From positions 288,001 to 352,000 of the forward strand of contig CAWHXP010000003.1 in the NCBI GenBank assembly GCA_963833425.1: a stretch of 64,000 nucleotides of DNA, given 5' to 3'. Below are positions 12,694 through 23,211 of this stretch, in pieces. The translations under genes were made by a program, and so were the position numbers. Position 1 is the stretch's first letter. Each line of letters opens with the position of its first letter. The notes under the pieces are model-generated. The model did no database searches. It was not told the origin of the DNA and saw only the letters and a list, made by a program, of their open reading frames with translations. The DNA is from an uncultured Methanosarcinaceae archaeon (GTDB lineage: Archaea; Halobacteriota; Methanosarcinia; Methanosarcinales; Methanosarcinaceae).

Positions 12694-14547
12694 TTATTCT
12701 ACAGTGACGCTTTTCGCAAGGTTGCGCGGCTTGTCGATAGAGCAGTCTCGAGCAAGAGCTGTATAGTAAGCAAGCAGCTGGAGAACCACAACGTTCAGAA
12801 GGGGAGATAATAATTCGTCACTCTGAGGAACTGTGAGCACAATATCTGCATACTTTCCTATCTCATTATCGTTATTATTGGCAATTGCTATGACTATAGC
12901 ATCTCTTGCTTTTACTTCTTTTATATTGCTCAGCACCTTTTCGTAAGTAGGACCTTTTGTTGCAATTGTGACTACAGGTGTTCCTTTTTCAAGTAGGGCT
13001 ATTGGCCCATGCTTAAGCTCTCCAGCGGCAAAGCCCTCCGCATGCAAGTATGAAATCTCTTTTAGTTTAAGGGCTCCTTCAAGAGCAATTGGATAGTTCA
13101 GGTTCCTTCCAAGGAAGAAATAACTTTTTGCATTAAAAAAATTCTCAGCACATTCCTTCATTGATTCTTGCTGGTTGAGAATTTGTTGAATCTGCCCCGG
13201 AACCTTCCTAATCGCCGTAATGAATCTTTTAACATCATCAGGGCTTAACCTGCCTCTAGATAGAGCAAATTTGACGGCAAGCAAATAAAGAATTGTAATT
13301 TGAGTGCTAAATGTCTTGGTTGCAGCAACTCCTATCTCGGGCCCTGCTCTAGTATATAGAACACTATTTGCTTCTCTTGTAATAGTACTTCCTACGACGT
13401 TGGTGATTGCAAGGGTAGGGCAATTGTAAGACATTATCTCCCTCACAGCTGCAAGGGTATCTGCAGTTTCCCCTGACTGGGTTATAGCAATCGCCAGTGT
13501 TCCGTCATCCATAACAGGACTTCTGTATCTGTATTCCGAGCAGATATCTATATCACAGTGAATCCCGGCCAATTGCTCAAAAAGATATTTTCCAAGCATT
13601 CCTGCATGCCAAGAGGTTCCACATGCCAATATTTGGATTCTAGAGAGCTTCCTTATATCCTCATCAGTCATGTTCAGTTCTGTGAGATAAATTTCCCCCT
13701 CTAGTTCCGAGACCTTACCAGCTAGTGTATTGTGAATTGCACTTACCTGCTCATGAATCTCTTTGAGCATGAAATGTTCGTAACCGGCTTTTTCAGCAGC
13801 TTCGAAGTCCCATTCTATAGTTTCTATTTTCTTTTCGCAGATTTTTCCTTCTTTGTCAAAAATCTCTACGCTACCAGGAGTCAAAACCACCGTTTCTAAG
13901 TCATTTATGAAGACAACGTCTCTTGTATGATTAAGAAAAGCAGTTACATCTGATGCTGCAAAGTTTTCCCCTTTTCCAAGTCCTATAACAAGAGGGCTAT
14001 CTTTTCTAGCAAGAACGAGTTTTCCAGGTTCGTCGGCACAGATGATTGCAAAGGCGTAAGAACCCTCAATTTCCTTCAGAGCTCTTTGAAGCCCTGTAAA
14101 TAGTTTACACTTTGCTTCATTTCCATCCGGATTCCCATATACGTGTTTATGGAGTAAATGTGCAACCACTTCAGTATCTGTTTCAGATTTGAATTTGTAT
14201 CCTTCTGTAGTTAGTTGCTCTTTCAATGCCATGTAATTTTCGATTATCCCGTTATGCACTACCGAGATCTTCGATGGATTCCCAGAGTTATGCGGATGGG
14301 CATTTATTGTACTTGGTCGTCCATGGGTCGCCCACCGAGTATGCCCTATTCCGATGTCGCCACTGATTTCTTTAGGGATTATGGCTTCAAGGTTTACAAT
14401 TTTACCTACTGATTTATAAGTTTCGATTTCGTTTCCCAGAATCGTAATACCGGCAGAATCGTATCCTCGATACTCTAGTTTTTTGAGGGATTCGATAATT
14501 ACAGATACAGCAGAATTCTTCCCTGCATATCCTACAATTCCACACAT
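12694..14547 (-). CDS. glmS: Glutamine--fructose-6-phosphate transaminase
   Basis: MCGIVGY N-terminus (start placed at 14547 after an AGGGGG RBS), GHTRWATHG, C-terminal PRNLAKSVTVE. Confidence 0.97.
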   Translation of the reverse strand: MCGIVGYAGKNSAVSVIIESLKKLEYRGYDSAGITILGNEIETYKSVGKIVNLEAIIPKEISGDIGIGHTRWATHGRPSTINAHPHNSGNPSKISVVHNGIIENYMALKEQLTTEGYKFKSETDTEVVAHLLHKHVYGNPDGNEAKCKLFTGLQRALKEIEGSYAFAIICADEPGKLVLARKDSPLVIGLGKGENFAASDVTAFLNHTRDVVFINDLETVVLTPGSVEIFDKEGKICEKKIETIEWDFEAAEKAGYEHFMLKEIHEQVSAIHNTLAGKVSELEGEIYLTELNMTDEDIRKLSRIQILACGTSWHAGMLGKYLFEQLAGIHCDIDICSEYRYRSPVMDDGTLAIAITQSGETADTLAAVREIMSYNCPTLAITNVVGSTITREANSVLYTRAGPEIGVAATKTFSTQITILYLLAVKFALSRGRLSPDDVKRFITAIRKVPGQIQQILNQQESMKECAENFFNAKSYFFLGRNLNYPIALEGALKLKEISYLHAEGFAAGELKHGPIALLEKGTPVVTIATKGPTYEKVLSNIKEVKARDAIVIAIANNNDNEIGKYADIVLTVPQSDELLSPLLNVVVLQLLAYYTALARDCSIDKPRNLAKSVTVE

Positions 14548-14569
14548 TTTTTTACCCCCTTTTTGGCAA

Positions 14570-15787
14570 TTAAAGGACAACTGAATGACTAGGCAGATCT
14601 TTGTAGATGGTATTTCCAGATTCTACCAAACAATCCACAGCTATCGTTACTCCGGCCTTTACAAGTACACTGTTTCCTATCCGGTTATCGTCCCCGAAGA
14701 TGGTACCAAGTCTGGGGGCTCGATGGACTATTCCGTTCATGATGATCAACAGTCCGTCCTTTTCTTCAACAAACAAACCTGAGCCAATTGTATTGTTGCT
14801 TCCAATTATTGAATGAGATATTTGCCCATGTGAGTATATCCTGCAGTCGTTCATTATTATGCTGTTTTGGATCTCGGTAAATGATCTGATAGATACATTA
14901 TTTCCTATTGTTGTGGATGGTAGAATTACAACATTAGGACCGATATCACAATTATCTCCTATGACTACAGGACCTACGATGTAAGTTCCGGAGCGAATTT
15001 TAGTATTTTTTCCTATTGCAACCTTTCCCCGGATTATCACGCCTTCTTCAATTTCTCCCTCTATTATCAAATTCTTTGCAGGATACAAGACTATTGCGTT
15101 TGCTTTTAACAGATCCCAGGCATGGATAGCATCCAACCATTTAGATTCTGTCGGGACGGAAGTAACTGTTTTACCCTCATTGATCATAAGCTGGATAGTA
15201 TCTGTTATTGCATACTCTCCATTTTCCGATATAGAAGTTTTTTCAATAGTTTCAAAAACTTGAGGGGTGAAAATATAAATTCCGGTATTTACAATACGAC
15301 TAATATCACCAGGTCTTTTTTCCAAAATCTTTGTAACCTTTTCTTTTTCTTTCAACACCACACCGTAACCTGCAGTATCCTCCATTCTTAATGTTAGAAG
15401 ACTCGCATCCCCCTTATAATTATTGAGAAGATCAGCTATGGTTCTCGGTTCCACCAGATTATCACCGTTCAGAACAAGAAATCCTGAATCTTCGAAATCA
15501 ATTAATTTTTTCGCTTGTTCGATTGCATGTGCGGTGCCAAGCTGAGCTTTCTGCTCGACATATGATATTTTTACTCCAAAGTTTAGCCCATCTTGAAAAT
15601 AGTCCATTATTCGTTCTTTTTCATAACCAACAACCAATATAATTTCAAATATTCCATTTTTTTCAAGTGAATCAATAACATGCTCCAAAATTGGCCTGTT
15701 GGCGATAGGGAGCATTACTTTTGAACGTGTGAGAGTAAGAGGCCTGCAGCGCAGCCCCTCTCCAGCTGCAAGGATAATAGCTTTCAT
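14570..15787 (-). CDS. GlmU-like sugar-1-phosphate nucleotidylyltransferase paralog
   Basis: ILAAGEGLRCRPLT, QLGTAHA, hexapeptide C-terminal domain lacking the HLSYVGD/NFGAGT motifs. Confidence 0.85.
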   Translation of the reverse strand: MKAIILAAGEGLRCRPLTLTRSKVMLPIANRPILEHVIDSLEKNGIFEIILVVGYEKERIMDYFQDGLNFGVKISYVEQKAQLGTAHAIEQAKKLIDFEDSGFLVLNGDNLVEPRTIADLLNNYKGDASLLTLRMEDTAGYGVVLKEKEKVTKILEKRPGDISRIVNTGIYIFTPQVFETIEKTSISENGEYAITDTIQLMINEGKTVTSVPTESKWLDAIHAWDLLKANAIVLYPAKNLIIEGEIEEGVIIRGKVAIGKNTKIRSGTYIVGPVVIGDNCDIGPNVVILPSTTIGNNVSIRSFTEIQNSIIMNDCRIYSHGQISHSIIGSNNTIGSGLFVEEKDGLLIIMNGIVHRAPRLGTIFGDDNRIGNSVLVKAGVTIAVDCLVESGNTIYKDLPSHSVVL

Positions 15788-16555
15788 AAACTTAATGAAC
15801 CTTTTTTAGAATTTATACATTACCTTTGAAAGTCTTAAATGTGATAGATTTGTTGTAAATATATATATATATATAATGTGTTATCATTGAGAAAAATAAG
15901 CAATCAGAATTATTTTTGATCCTCATAAAAGCGTTTGTTTATTTAAGCAAAACCCCCACTATACACCAATTATTAATTCAATCAAGATTTTGCCCACATC
16001 TCCAGCTTTTGTAGTGAGTCGACAAATTATGGGGACAAAATATATAAAAAAAGATAACCAATAAATATATATATATATAAACACTATCCCCAATCTGAAA
16101 ACCATTTAATCAGAGCAAAAGCTCTTGAATCATACCAACATTAACAGTATTTCCATTAATTGCTATACCCGCGAAAAACTCTAAATTTTGTTTGCAGTGT
16201 CTCAATCGTTGTATAGAATAGAAATATCAATAAATTATGAAGAAGGGAATTAATACATATGAAAAACCGAATTAAATACAGTATAAAAAAATTAGTTTTA
16301 AGTACAAAGCAAATCTGCGAAATTGCCTCTACTCGAAGAAACTCTTCAATTTGAAAATCAGGAAATAACAGCCCTATTTTAGGCTATCTCCTGAATAAGA
16401 ATCTTTTTCTGAACACCGAGTCATTTGATTATTTTTATTTAGCTGAAACTCCGATATGCTTTGGAAAAGGAGTTGTAACACTGGTTTCTAAAGACTGTAT
16501 TCACATTTCCTATGCTAATGTTTTTCAAGCTGAATTTAAAAAAGAGCTAATTAAT

Positions 16556-17013
16556 GAGAAATTTCTATAATTTATGTCCCCTTTTTGTTATAATTTCTAT
16601 CAATTGATAGGATTGGAAATAAAATAAGTATTTGGGGATTTTAGGAGCTATCTATAAAAATCAAAGAATGATGAATCAAAAAATAAAGACTTAGGCAATA
16701 CAGGGATTCTCACTAAATATTTAAACAGTCTTTCTGCAAACAAAAAACAAGATCTGAATGTTAACCTCGTAGATTACGAACCATCTTACAACCTTTATGT
16801 ATCCAACTTGGCTCCAAATCCTGAAACACATTTCTTTTTGTACCTGGTATTATTATAGACTGGAATACCTTTTGAGAAACCTCTGACATTCACGAGCCAA
16901 TTATATATTACACTAGTCAATTATATATTTCATTAGTCAATCATACATTTCACCAGTCAAATTTATATTATTTACAAATATAGGACGAAATTTAGAGGTT
17001 TATCGGAATCTTC
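16556..17013 (+). mobile_element. Internally deleted IS5-derived element
   Basis: Left gagaaatttctataa, right aggtttatcggaatcttc; 16583-16690 matches the IS5 3' region (FCYN.YQL; gctatct..aaaatcaaagaat). Confidence 0.55.
16891..16970. repeat. 4 x 20-bp tandem repeat (consensus cactagtcaattatatattt)
   Basis: Units cacgagccaattatatatta / cactagtcaattatatattt / cattagtcaatcatacattt / caccagtcaaatttatatta. Confidence 0.85.
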
Positions 17014-17161
17014 AAAATTGATTTTCGTATTAAATTTTCATCAAGAAATACATTTATTACCTTTGCTTATTTTAGTGATATTGTAAATCTCCATCTACAT
17101 TTTAAATATTTCGCATAGTTCCAAAACTCTAATATATCATTGTTCCAATTTAAAAGCTTCA

Positions 17162-17767
17162 ATGGTTGTGAAGATTGCAGTATTGGTATCTGGAAGGGGT
17201 TCGAATCTTCAGACAATTATAAACAGCATCGAAAAGGGCTACGTAAAGAATGCGGAAATCAATGTGATTATTTCCAATAAGGAAGATTCCTATGCACTTG
17301 AAAGAGGCAGGAATCATGGAATAAACACTGTTTTTCTTAATCCGAGTAAGTGTGACAAAGCAGGATATGATCGAAAAATACTTGAGATCTTGAAACGGTA
17401 TGATATTGACCTTCTTCTACTTGCAGGTTATTTTCAGCTTTTAGGACCCGAAATTATAGAGGCATACAGAAACAGGATCCTGAATATTCATCCATCTATT
17501 CTCCCATCTTTCAAAGGACTCCATGCCCAGAAGCAGGCACTCGAATATGGGGTAAAAGTTGCAGGGTGTACCGTACACTTTGTAGATGAAGGACTTGATT
17601 CCGGTCCTATAATCCTTCAGAGCTGCGTGCCTGTACTCCAAGGGGATAATGAAGAAACTCTTGCTGCCAGAATCCTCGAACAGGAACATATTATCTATCC
17701 CGAAGCTGTCAGGCTCTTTGTAGAGGGTAAACTTAAAATTGAGGGTAGAACTGTAGTATCCCTTTAA
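17162..17767 (+). CDS. purN: Phosphoribosylglycinamide formyltransferase
   Basis: VLVSGRGSNLQ, NIHPSILP.F.G, GCTVHFVDEGLDSGPII, EHIIYP. Confidence 0.97.
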   Translation: MVVKIAVLVSGRGSNLQTIINSIEKGYVKNAEINVIISNKEDSYALERGRNHGINTVFLNPSKCDKAGYDRKILEILKRYDIDLLLLAGYFQLLGPEIIEAYRNRILNIHPSILPSFKGLHAQKQALEYGVKVAGCTVHFVDEGLDSGPIILQSCVPVLQGDNEETLAARILEQEHIIYPEAVRLFVEGKLKIEGRTVVSL

Positions 17768-18202
17768 TTGATCAAGCGATTGAATTAATGCTCAAACCAG
17801 AATAGAGTTTACATATCAATAGCTTCTTTGATGCCTGTTTAGTTATCAATAATTCAAATTGGATGCTTCCAAGAAACATTAAGACTCAAAAAATATCCAG
17901 ATTTCAAAATCTACTGTACTTCAAAAAAAACAGGAATTTTTCTCTGGAAGTTTTAATAGTTCAGTATACAGAACCTCACGTATAATATATTATAAAAAAG
18001 GTTATAATGTTGTTTAAGGGCTCCAGTTTGTTCGATGATCTTAATCAGCTAAACCCCATTTTCTTGAAACTTCAAATTCTTGAATACCTTCACGATATGA
18101 AGCTTGCAAGCATCTGCTTATGAATATTAATCAATCCTAATCCAGCAAAAAATTCTTGATTTAAATAGGTTATAGATGTAATATGATACTCAGGTGACAG
18201 TA

Positions 18203-19441
18203 ATGTCTTATATTGATAAAATCGATCCGGAAATGTCCGAGGCTATCAAAAAAGAAGCCGAACGTCAGGAATACAAATTGAACCTGATTGCGTCTGAAAA
18301 TTATGCAAGTAAAGCCGTTATGGAAGCCCAGGGCTCAATTATGACTAACAAATATGCAGAGGGATATTCTGGCAAGCGATACTACGGAGGCTGCGACTTT
18401 GTCGATATCGCTGAAGATCTTGCGATCTCCAGGGCAAAAGAGATATTTAAGGCAAAATATATTAACGTCCAGCCACATTCAGGTTCAGGAGCCAACATGG
18501 CTGTCTATTTCTCGGTATTAAATCCTGGAGATACCATCATGTCAATGAACCTATCTCACGGAGGGCATCTTTCCCATGGTAGTCCTGTAAGTTTTTCCGG
18601 AAAGCTTTACAATGTTGTTCCCTACGGAGTTAGCAAAAAAACTGAAACTATTGACTATACGGAACTCTTGGAAGTGGCAAAGGAATGTAAGCCAAAAATG
18701 ATTGTCTGCGGCGCGTCTGCTTATCCACGTGAAATAGATTTCAAGCAGTTCAGGGAAATTGCTGATGAAGTTGGCGCATATCTTCTTGCAGATATTGCAC
18801 ATATCGCAGGGCTTGTAGTTGCAGGCGTGCACCAGAGTCCTGTGCCTTATGCGGATTTCGTTACTACCACTACCCACAAGACTCTTCGTGGTCCACGGGG
18901 CGGAATGATCATATCGAGGACAGAAGAGCTAGCATTAGGAATTAATAAGTCTGTTTTCCCGGGTATCCAGGGTGGTCCTTTCATGCATATCATAGCTGGT
19001 AAGGCAGTGGCTTTGAAGGAAGCAATGAGCGAAAAATTCAGGAAGGACCAGTTTCAGACCGTAAATAATGCAAAAACTCTTTGTAAGTGTCTAAAAGATA
19101 GGGGATTTTATATCGTTTCTGGCGGAACAGACAACCATCTTATGCTTGTCGACCTGAATAATATGGACATCACAGGCAAGGATGCGGAAATATCCCTGAG
19201 TAAAGCTGGGATTATTGCAAACAAGAATACAGTCCCCTTCGAAACCCGTAGCCCGTTTGTCACTAGCGGAATAAGGCTTGGGACTCCTGCCTGTACTACA
19301 AGGGGTATGAAGGAAAAAGAAATGGAATTGATTGCAGAATATATCGAAATCTCGATCAAAAATCAGGCAAATGAGAAGCTTCTTTCTGAAACAAGTCGCA
19401 ATGTAAGGAAACTTTGCTCAAGGTTCCCGGTTTATTGCTAA
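18203..19441 (+). CDS. glyA: Serine hydroxymethyltransferase (bacterial-type)
   Basis: [38 protein letters not shown]-lysine motif; ATG after GGTGA RBS. Confidence 0.97.
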   Translation: MSYIDKIDPEMSEAIKKEAERQEYKLNLIASENYASKAVMEAQGSIMTNKYAEGYSGKRYYGGCDFVDIAEDLAISRAKEIFKAKYINVQPHSGSGANMAVYFSVLNPGDTIMSMNLSHGGHLSHGSPVSFSGKLYNVVPYGVSKKTETIDYTELLEVAKECKPKMIVCGASAYPREIDFKQFREIADEVGAYLLADIAHIAGLVVAGVHQSPVPYADFVTTTTHKTLRGPRGGMIISRTEELALGINKSVFPGIQGGPFMHIIAGKAVALKEAMSEKFRKDQFQTVNNAKTLCKCLKDRGFYIVSGGTDNHLMLVDLNNMDITGKDAEISLSKAGIIANKNTVPFETRSPFVTSGIRLGTPACTTRGMKEKEMELIAEYIEISIKNQANEKLLSETSRNVRKLCSRFPVYC

Positions 19442-19467
19442 ACTAAAAGGTTAGGGTGTTCTTACCA

Positions 19468-20331
19468 ATGTCAAAAGAAAGCTATTATTCACGGATAATA
19501 GACGGGAAATTTCTTGCCCAGCAGATCGAAGAAGAAGTAAGATCAGGAGTCAAAGAACTGAAAAACAGCCTTGGAGTTATCCCAGCCCTTGCAACAATTC
19601 TCGTTGGTGAAGATCCTGCTTCCAAGATGTATGTCCACCTCAAGCACAAGGCCTGTGAACGTGTCGGTATTAAAGCAGAAGACTACCTTCTTCCGGCAGA
19701 AGCCAGTCAGGATGAACTTTTTTCCCTTATTGATACTCTTAACAGAGATATAAATGTGCATGCGATCCTGCTTCAGCTTCCACTTCCAAAGCATCTTTCT
19801 TCCCAGGAAGCAATGGAAGCGATAACTCCTACAAAAGATGCAGATGGTTTTCATCCTTACAATATGGGAAAACTCATGATCGGAAATGAAGGTCTTGTTC
19901 CCTGTACCCCCCATGGAATTATCCGAGTTCTTGAGGAGTATAATGTGTCTGTAAAAGGCAAAAATGTGGTTATCATCGGACACAGCAATGTTGTTGGAAA
20001 ACCCATGGCAGCAATGTTTTTAAATCGCAATGCAACTGTTTCAGTTTGCCATGTGTTTACAGATAATCTTAAAAAATATACCCTTGTAGCTGATATCCTT
20101 GTAGTTGCAGCAGGAGTAAAAGACCTTGTCAAAGCTGATATGATAAAAGAAGGAGTAGTTATCTTTGATGTGGGTATCACCAAGGAAGAAAACAGCGTAT
20201 ATGGAGACGTCGATTTTGAAAACGTAATCAAAAAAGCTTTTCTCCTTACTCCGGTTCCAGGGGGCATCGGTCCGATTACGATCGCCATTTTAATGAAGCA
20301 TGTGTTAATGTGTGCAGAAAAATATTTCTAA
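19468..20331 (+). CDS. folD: Methylenetetrahydrofolate dehydrogenase/cyclohydrolase
   Basis: IDGK..A, QLPLP, KDADGFHP, PCTPHG, VGKP, TPVPGGIGP. Confidence 0.95.
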   Translation: MSKESYYSRIIDGKFLAQQIEEEVRSGVKELKNSLGVIPALATILVGEDPASKMYVHLKHKACERVGIKAEDYLLPAEASQDELFSLIDTLNRDINVHAILLQLPLPKHLSSQEAMEAITPTKDADGFHPYNMGKLMIGNEGLVPCTPHGIIRVLEEYNVSVKGKNVVIIGHSNVVGKPMAAMFLNRNATVSVCHVFTDNLKKYTLVADILVVAAGVKDLVKADMIKEGVVIFDVGITKEENSVYGDVDFENVIKKAFLLTPVPGGIGPITIAILMKHVLMCAEKYF

Positions 20332-20865
20332 AACTTTCTTTTTTCAGATTTTTTTCTCCACAAGGCCCTCATAAATTTAAAATCAAAGCATAATGAATCA
20401 AAAAGGAAAAAATCGGATCAAATGCAGAAATTAGTGAGAAAAATATAAATAGGTTTACCAATAAGGAAAAAAACTAGAATTAAATAGTAATTTTCTTAAT
20501 ATATATGTTAAATTTTTTTCCTGTGAACTATATCTGAAGAATTGTGAAACTATCAGAATAATAATTTGAAACTTCGGCAAATAAGAATTATTTAGAAATC
20601 AAATCACCGTGTTAGTACCTGATATTCTTACTCCCATATTTTCATACTAAAACAAAAATAATTATTTATCTAATTATGGCAGATTATAAAAATTTGACTT
20701 CTTTTTTGACATAACAAGTATAATATAGTAGCAATTATTTTTTAGAGCCAATTTTTCAATCAATACGTGATATTATTTTTTACAATTTTATTAAATCAAT
20801 TTCACACATCAATATTTATATGTATCATTGAAGCGTATTTTATAGCATTCGGAGTTATCATTTGT

Positions 20866-20954
20866 AAAGATTCCGATAAATCCCTCAATTTCGTCATATG
20901 CTTATAATTTGTATATAATTGGTTCTTGGAAATCAGAGATTTATTGAAATCCTC
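20866..20954. mobile_element. ~89-bp MITE, family A
   Basis: Ends aaagattccgataaat / gatttattgaaatcctc; interior matches the other copies. Confidence 0.8.
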
Positions 20955-21343
20955 TTTATTATAAGTCTGTAAGCAATTCTACCTTATAAATCGCGGTTTC
21001 TATCCGTAAATCTCTAGTGACTAAATAAAAAGGTTTTTTTCAGGAATATCACAATATATTTTAAATAGGCGGAATGTAATGAATCGGAAACTTTTGAACA
21101 TCTTCTGGTATTGCAAAAATTCATAATTATTTCTCACATTCTGCGACTTCGATAATTCATGAATTCAAAAAATAATAAAAATTTTTATGGATCTCCGTCA
21201 TAGCGCAAAGGCCAATCGCTGAAAAGATCTAATTACTGAAAAGATCCGTGAATTAGGTTATCATAATTATCTTCTTACAAATGTTGATTATGCACTTGTT
21301 GGCGTAAGTTGATTCACAAATAGATATAATCTGGTTGCCAAAA

Positions 21344-22564
21344 ATGGTCGTTGATGCTGATATCTGCGGAATAAAGGTGGGAGATAGATACCCTTCACAT
21401 ATAATGGGTATAATTAACCTGAGCCCTGAATCCTTTTACGAAAGCTCTGTTGTGAGCCAGGATTCAGTACTTGAGGTTGCTCTAAAGATGGTTGAAGCTG
21501 GAGCAACTTTCTTGGATCTTGGAGCCCGTTCAACCTGGCGTTTTTCCGAACAAATAAGCAAGAAAGAAGAATTAGAACGCATTTTACCAGCTCTAGAGGC
21601 TCTTGAAGGCAATGTGGATGCAGCGATTTCCGTGGATACAATGTTTCCCGAAATCGCAGAAGGAGCTCTCAAAAAAGGAGCCGAGATTATAAACGACATC
21701 TCCGGTTTTACCGCAAACCCTCGAATGATTGAAGTAGTCGCAGAATATGGGTGTCCTGCAGTTGTCATGGCCTCTATAAAAGTTCCCGGCGATGTGTTGG
21801 GAATGAACTCAGTCATTGAAGCACTTGATTCTATAATAGGGGCTGCTGAAGCTGGAGGAGTCAACCAGAAAAATTTGATACTGGACCCTGCAATAGGTAG
21901 CTGGACAAAATTTAAGCTTCCTATGCATGATTTTGAAATCCTTGATGATTTTGAACGCCTTAATATTTTTGAAAAGCCTTTACTGGCAGCTCTTTCAAGA
22001 AAATCCTTCATAGGGGAGGTACTTGGAAAACCTGCAACTGAGAGGCTTTATGGCAGCTTGGCGGCAGCAGCTATTGCAGTCTACAAGGGTGCTCATATTA
22101 TTCGTACGCATGACGTATCTGAGACCTTTGACGTTGTAAGGCTTATAGGAGCTCTAAGAAGGCGGGCAAGTGTAGTAAAAGATGGCATACATGAAGTTTC
22201 TGTTTTTGAGATAAAGACCCCTCAGGATGCAGCAGTAGCAATGCGGAAAATTGGGGCAACAAGGATAAACTCACAGGTAATGCAGTACAAAAGCATTCAT
22301 TTAATGCTGAAAATTCGTAACCTTTCAACGACAGAGGGTCTCATAATAAAACAAGAAATGCTTGCTATGGGGGGGGATGCAGCCTTGAAAAGGAATGCAG
22401 TTACCCATGAAACGGAAACGACTGATGCCCTTATAATTGGCACTATGATGCAACTTGAGCGCTTTGCCAAAAAACTTAAGATGCAAGATCACTCCCTTCC
22501 ACTTATTGGCGAAATGATCTACGAATGTATTGCAAACCGAAACGATATGGAATATCGATATTAG
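21344..22564 (+). CDS. folP: Dihydropteroate synthase with C-terminal extra domain
   Basis: IMGIINLSPESF, ISVDT, INDISG, LDPAIG, SRKSFIG, IIRTHDV; about 130 aa C-terminal extension. Confidence 0.9.
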   Translation: MVVDADICGIKVGDRYPSHIMGIINLSPESFYESSVVSQDSVLEVALKMVEAGATFLDLGARSTWRFSEQISKKEELERILPALEALEGNVDAAISVDTMFPEIAEGALKKGAEIINDISGFTANPRMIEVVAEYGCPAVVMASIKVPGDVLGMNSVIEALDSIIGAAEAGGVNQKNLILDPAIGSWTKFKLPMHDFEILDDFERLNIFEKPLLAALSRKSFIGEVLGKPATERLYGSLAAAAIAVYKGAHIIRTHDVSETFDVVRLIGALRRRASVVKDGIHEVSVFEIKTPQDAAVAMRKIGATRINSQVMQYKSIHLMLKIRNLSTTEGLIIKQEMLAMGGDAALKRNAVTHETETTDALIIGTMMQLERFAKKLKMQDHSLPLIGEMIYECIANRNDMEYRY

Positions 22565-22572
22565 AGGTAATT

Positions 22573-23187
22573 ATGATTATAACTTCAGCAAAACCCTTTG
22601 AGGTAATTCTTGCCCTCTTAAAAAATGAAGACAACATGTTCGTTATCGGATGCAATGTCTGCGCGGCAAAACTAAGGATTGGCGGGGAACCAGAAATTCT
22701 TGAAATGTGCAGAAAACTTGAGGAGAGTGGTAAGCATGTAGTAGGTTGGGCTCTTCCTACTGCAGCCTGTAGCATACGGTCTTTTGAGTCTTTGGTTGAG
22801 AAAAATGAGAAAATAGCTGAAGCTTGCTGTATCCTTGTAATGGGCTGCGGCAGTGGCGTTTCCTCCGTATCTAATGTAGTGGATGTTCCTGTGTACGGCT
22901 CAACAGATACAATTTCCTTAGGTGGATCGAGCGGGGGTAAGCTTATTCACAATCAGTGCATCATGTGTGGGAACTGTATCATAGGCGAATTCGGCGGAAT
23001 CTGTCCTAAAGCCCAATGCGCAAAAGGACTTTTGAACGGGCCTTGTGGAGGTAATGTTGACGGTAAGTGTGAAATCGACAGGTTGAAAGATTGTGCATGG
23101 ACTATTATTTATGAGCGTTTGAAGAAAATTGAGAGGCTTGATCTTCTTTACATTGTACATACCCCCCAGGAGCATGGTTTTAAATAA
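22573..23187 (+). CDS. MetV-like Fe-S/Zn subunit (MTHFR C-terminal domain protein)
   Basis: GCNVCA, GCGSG, CIMCGNC..GEFGGICP...CAKGLLNGPCGG..DGKCE; start placed after the GAGGT RBS; directly upstream of metF. Confidence 0.88.
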   Translation: MIITSAKPFEVILALLKNEDNMFVIGCNVCAAKLRIGGEPEILEMCRKLEESGKHVVGWALPTAACSIRSFESLVEKNEKIAEACCILVMGCGSGVSSVSNVVDVPVYGSTDTISLGGSSGGKLIHNQCIMCGNCIIGEFGGICPKAQCAKGLLNGPCGGNVDGKCEIDRLKDCAWTIIYERLKKIERLDLLYIVHTPQEHGFK

Positions 23188-23211
23188 TTTCATTTCTAGT
23201 ATTCTTATTTG

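Noticed and set aside
15859..16078. (AT)n runs upstream of the glm operon
   Set aside because: Simple AT microsatellites or TATA regions, expected in this AT-rich DNA
16891..16970. Tandem repeats as a CRISPR array
   Set aside because: Units are contiguous with no spacers and no cas genes are nearby
17770..18190. Possible decayed gene or folate riboswitch between purN and glyA
   Set aside because: No convincing motif or riboswitch consensus recognisable by eye
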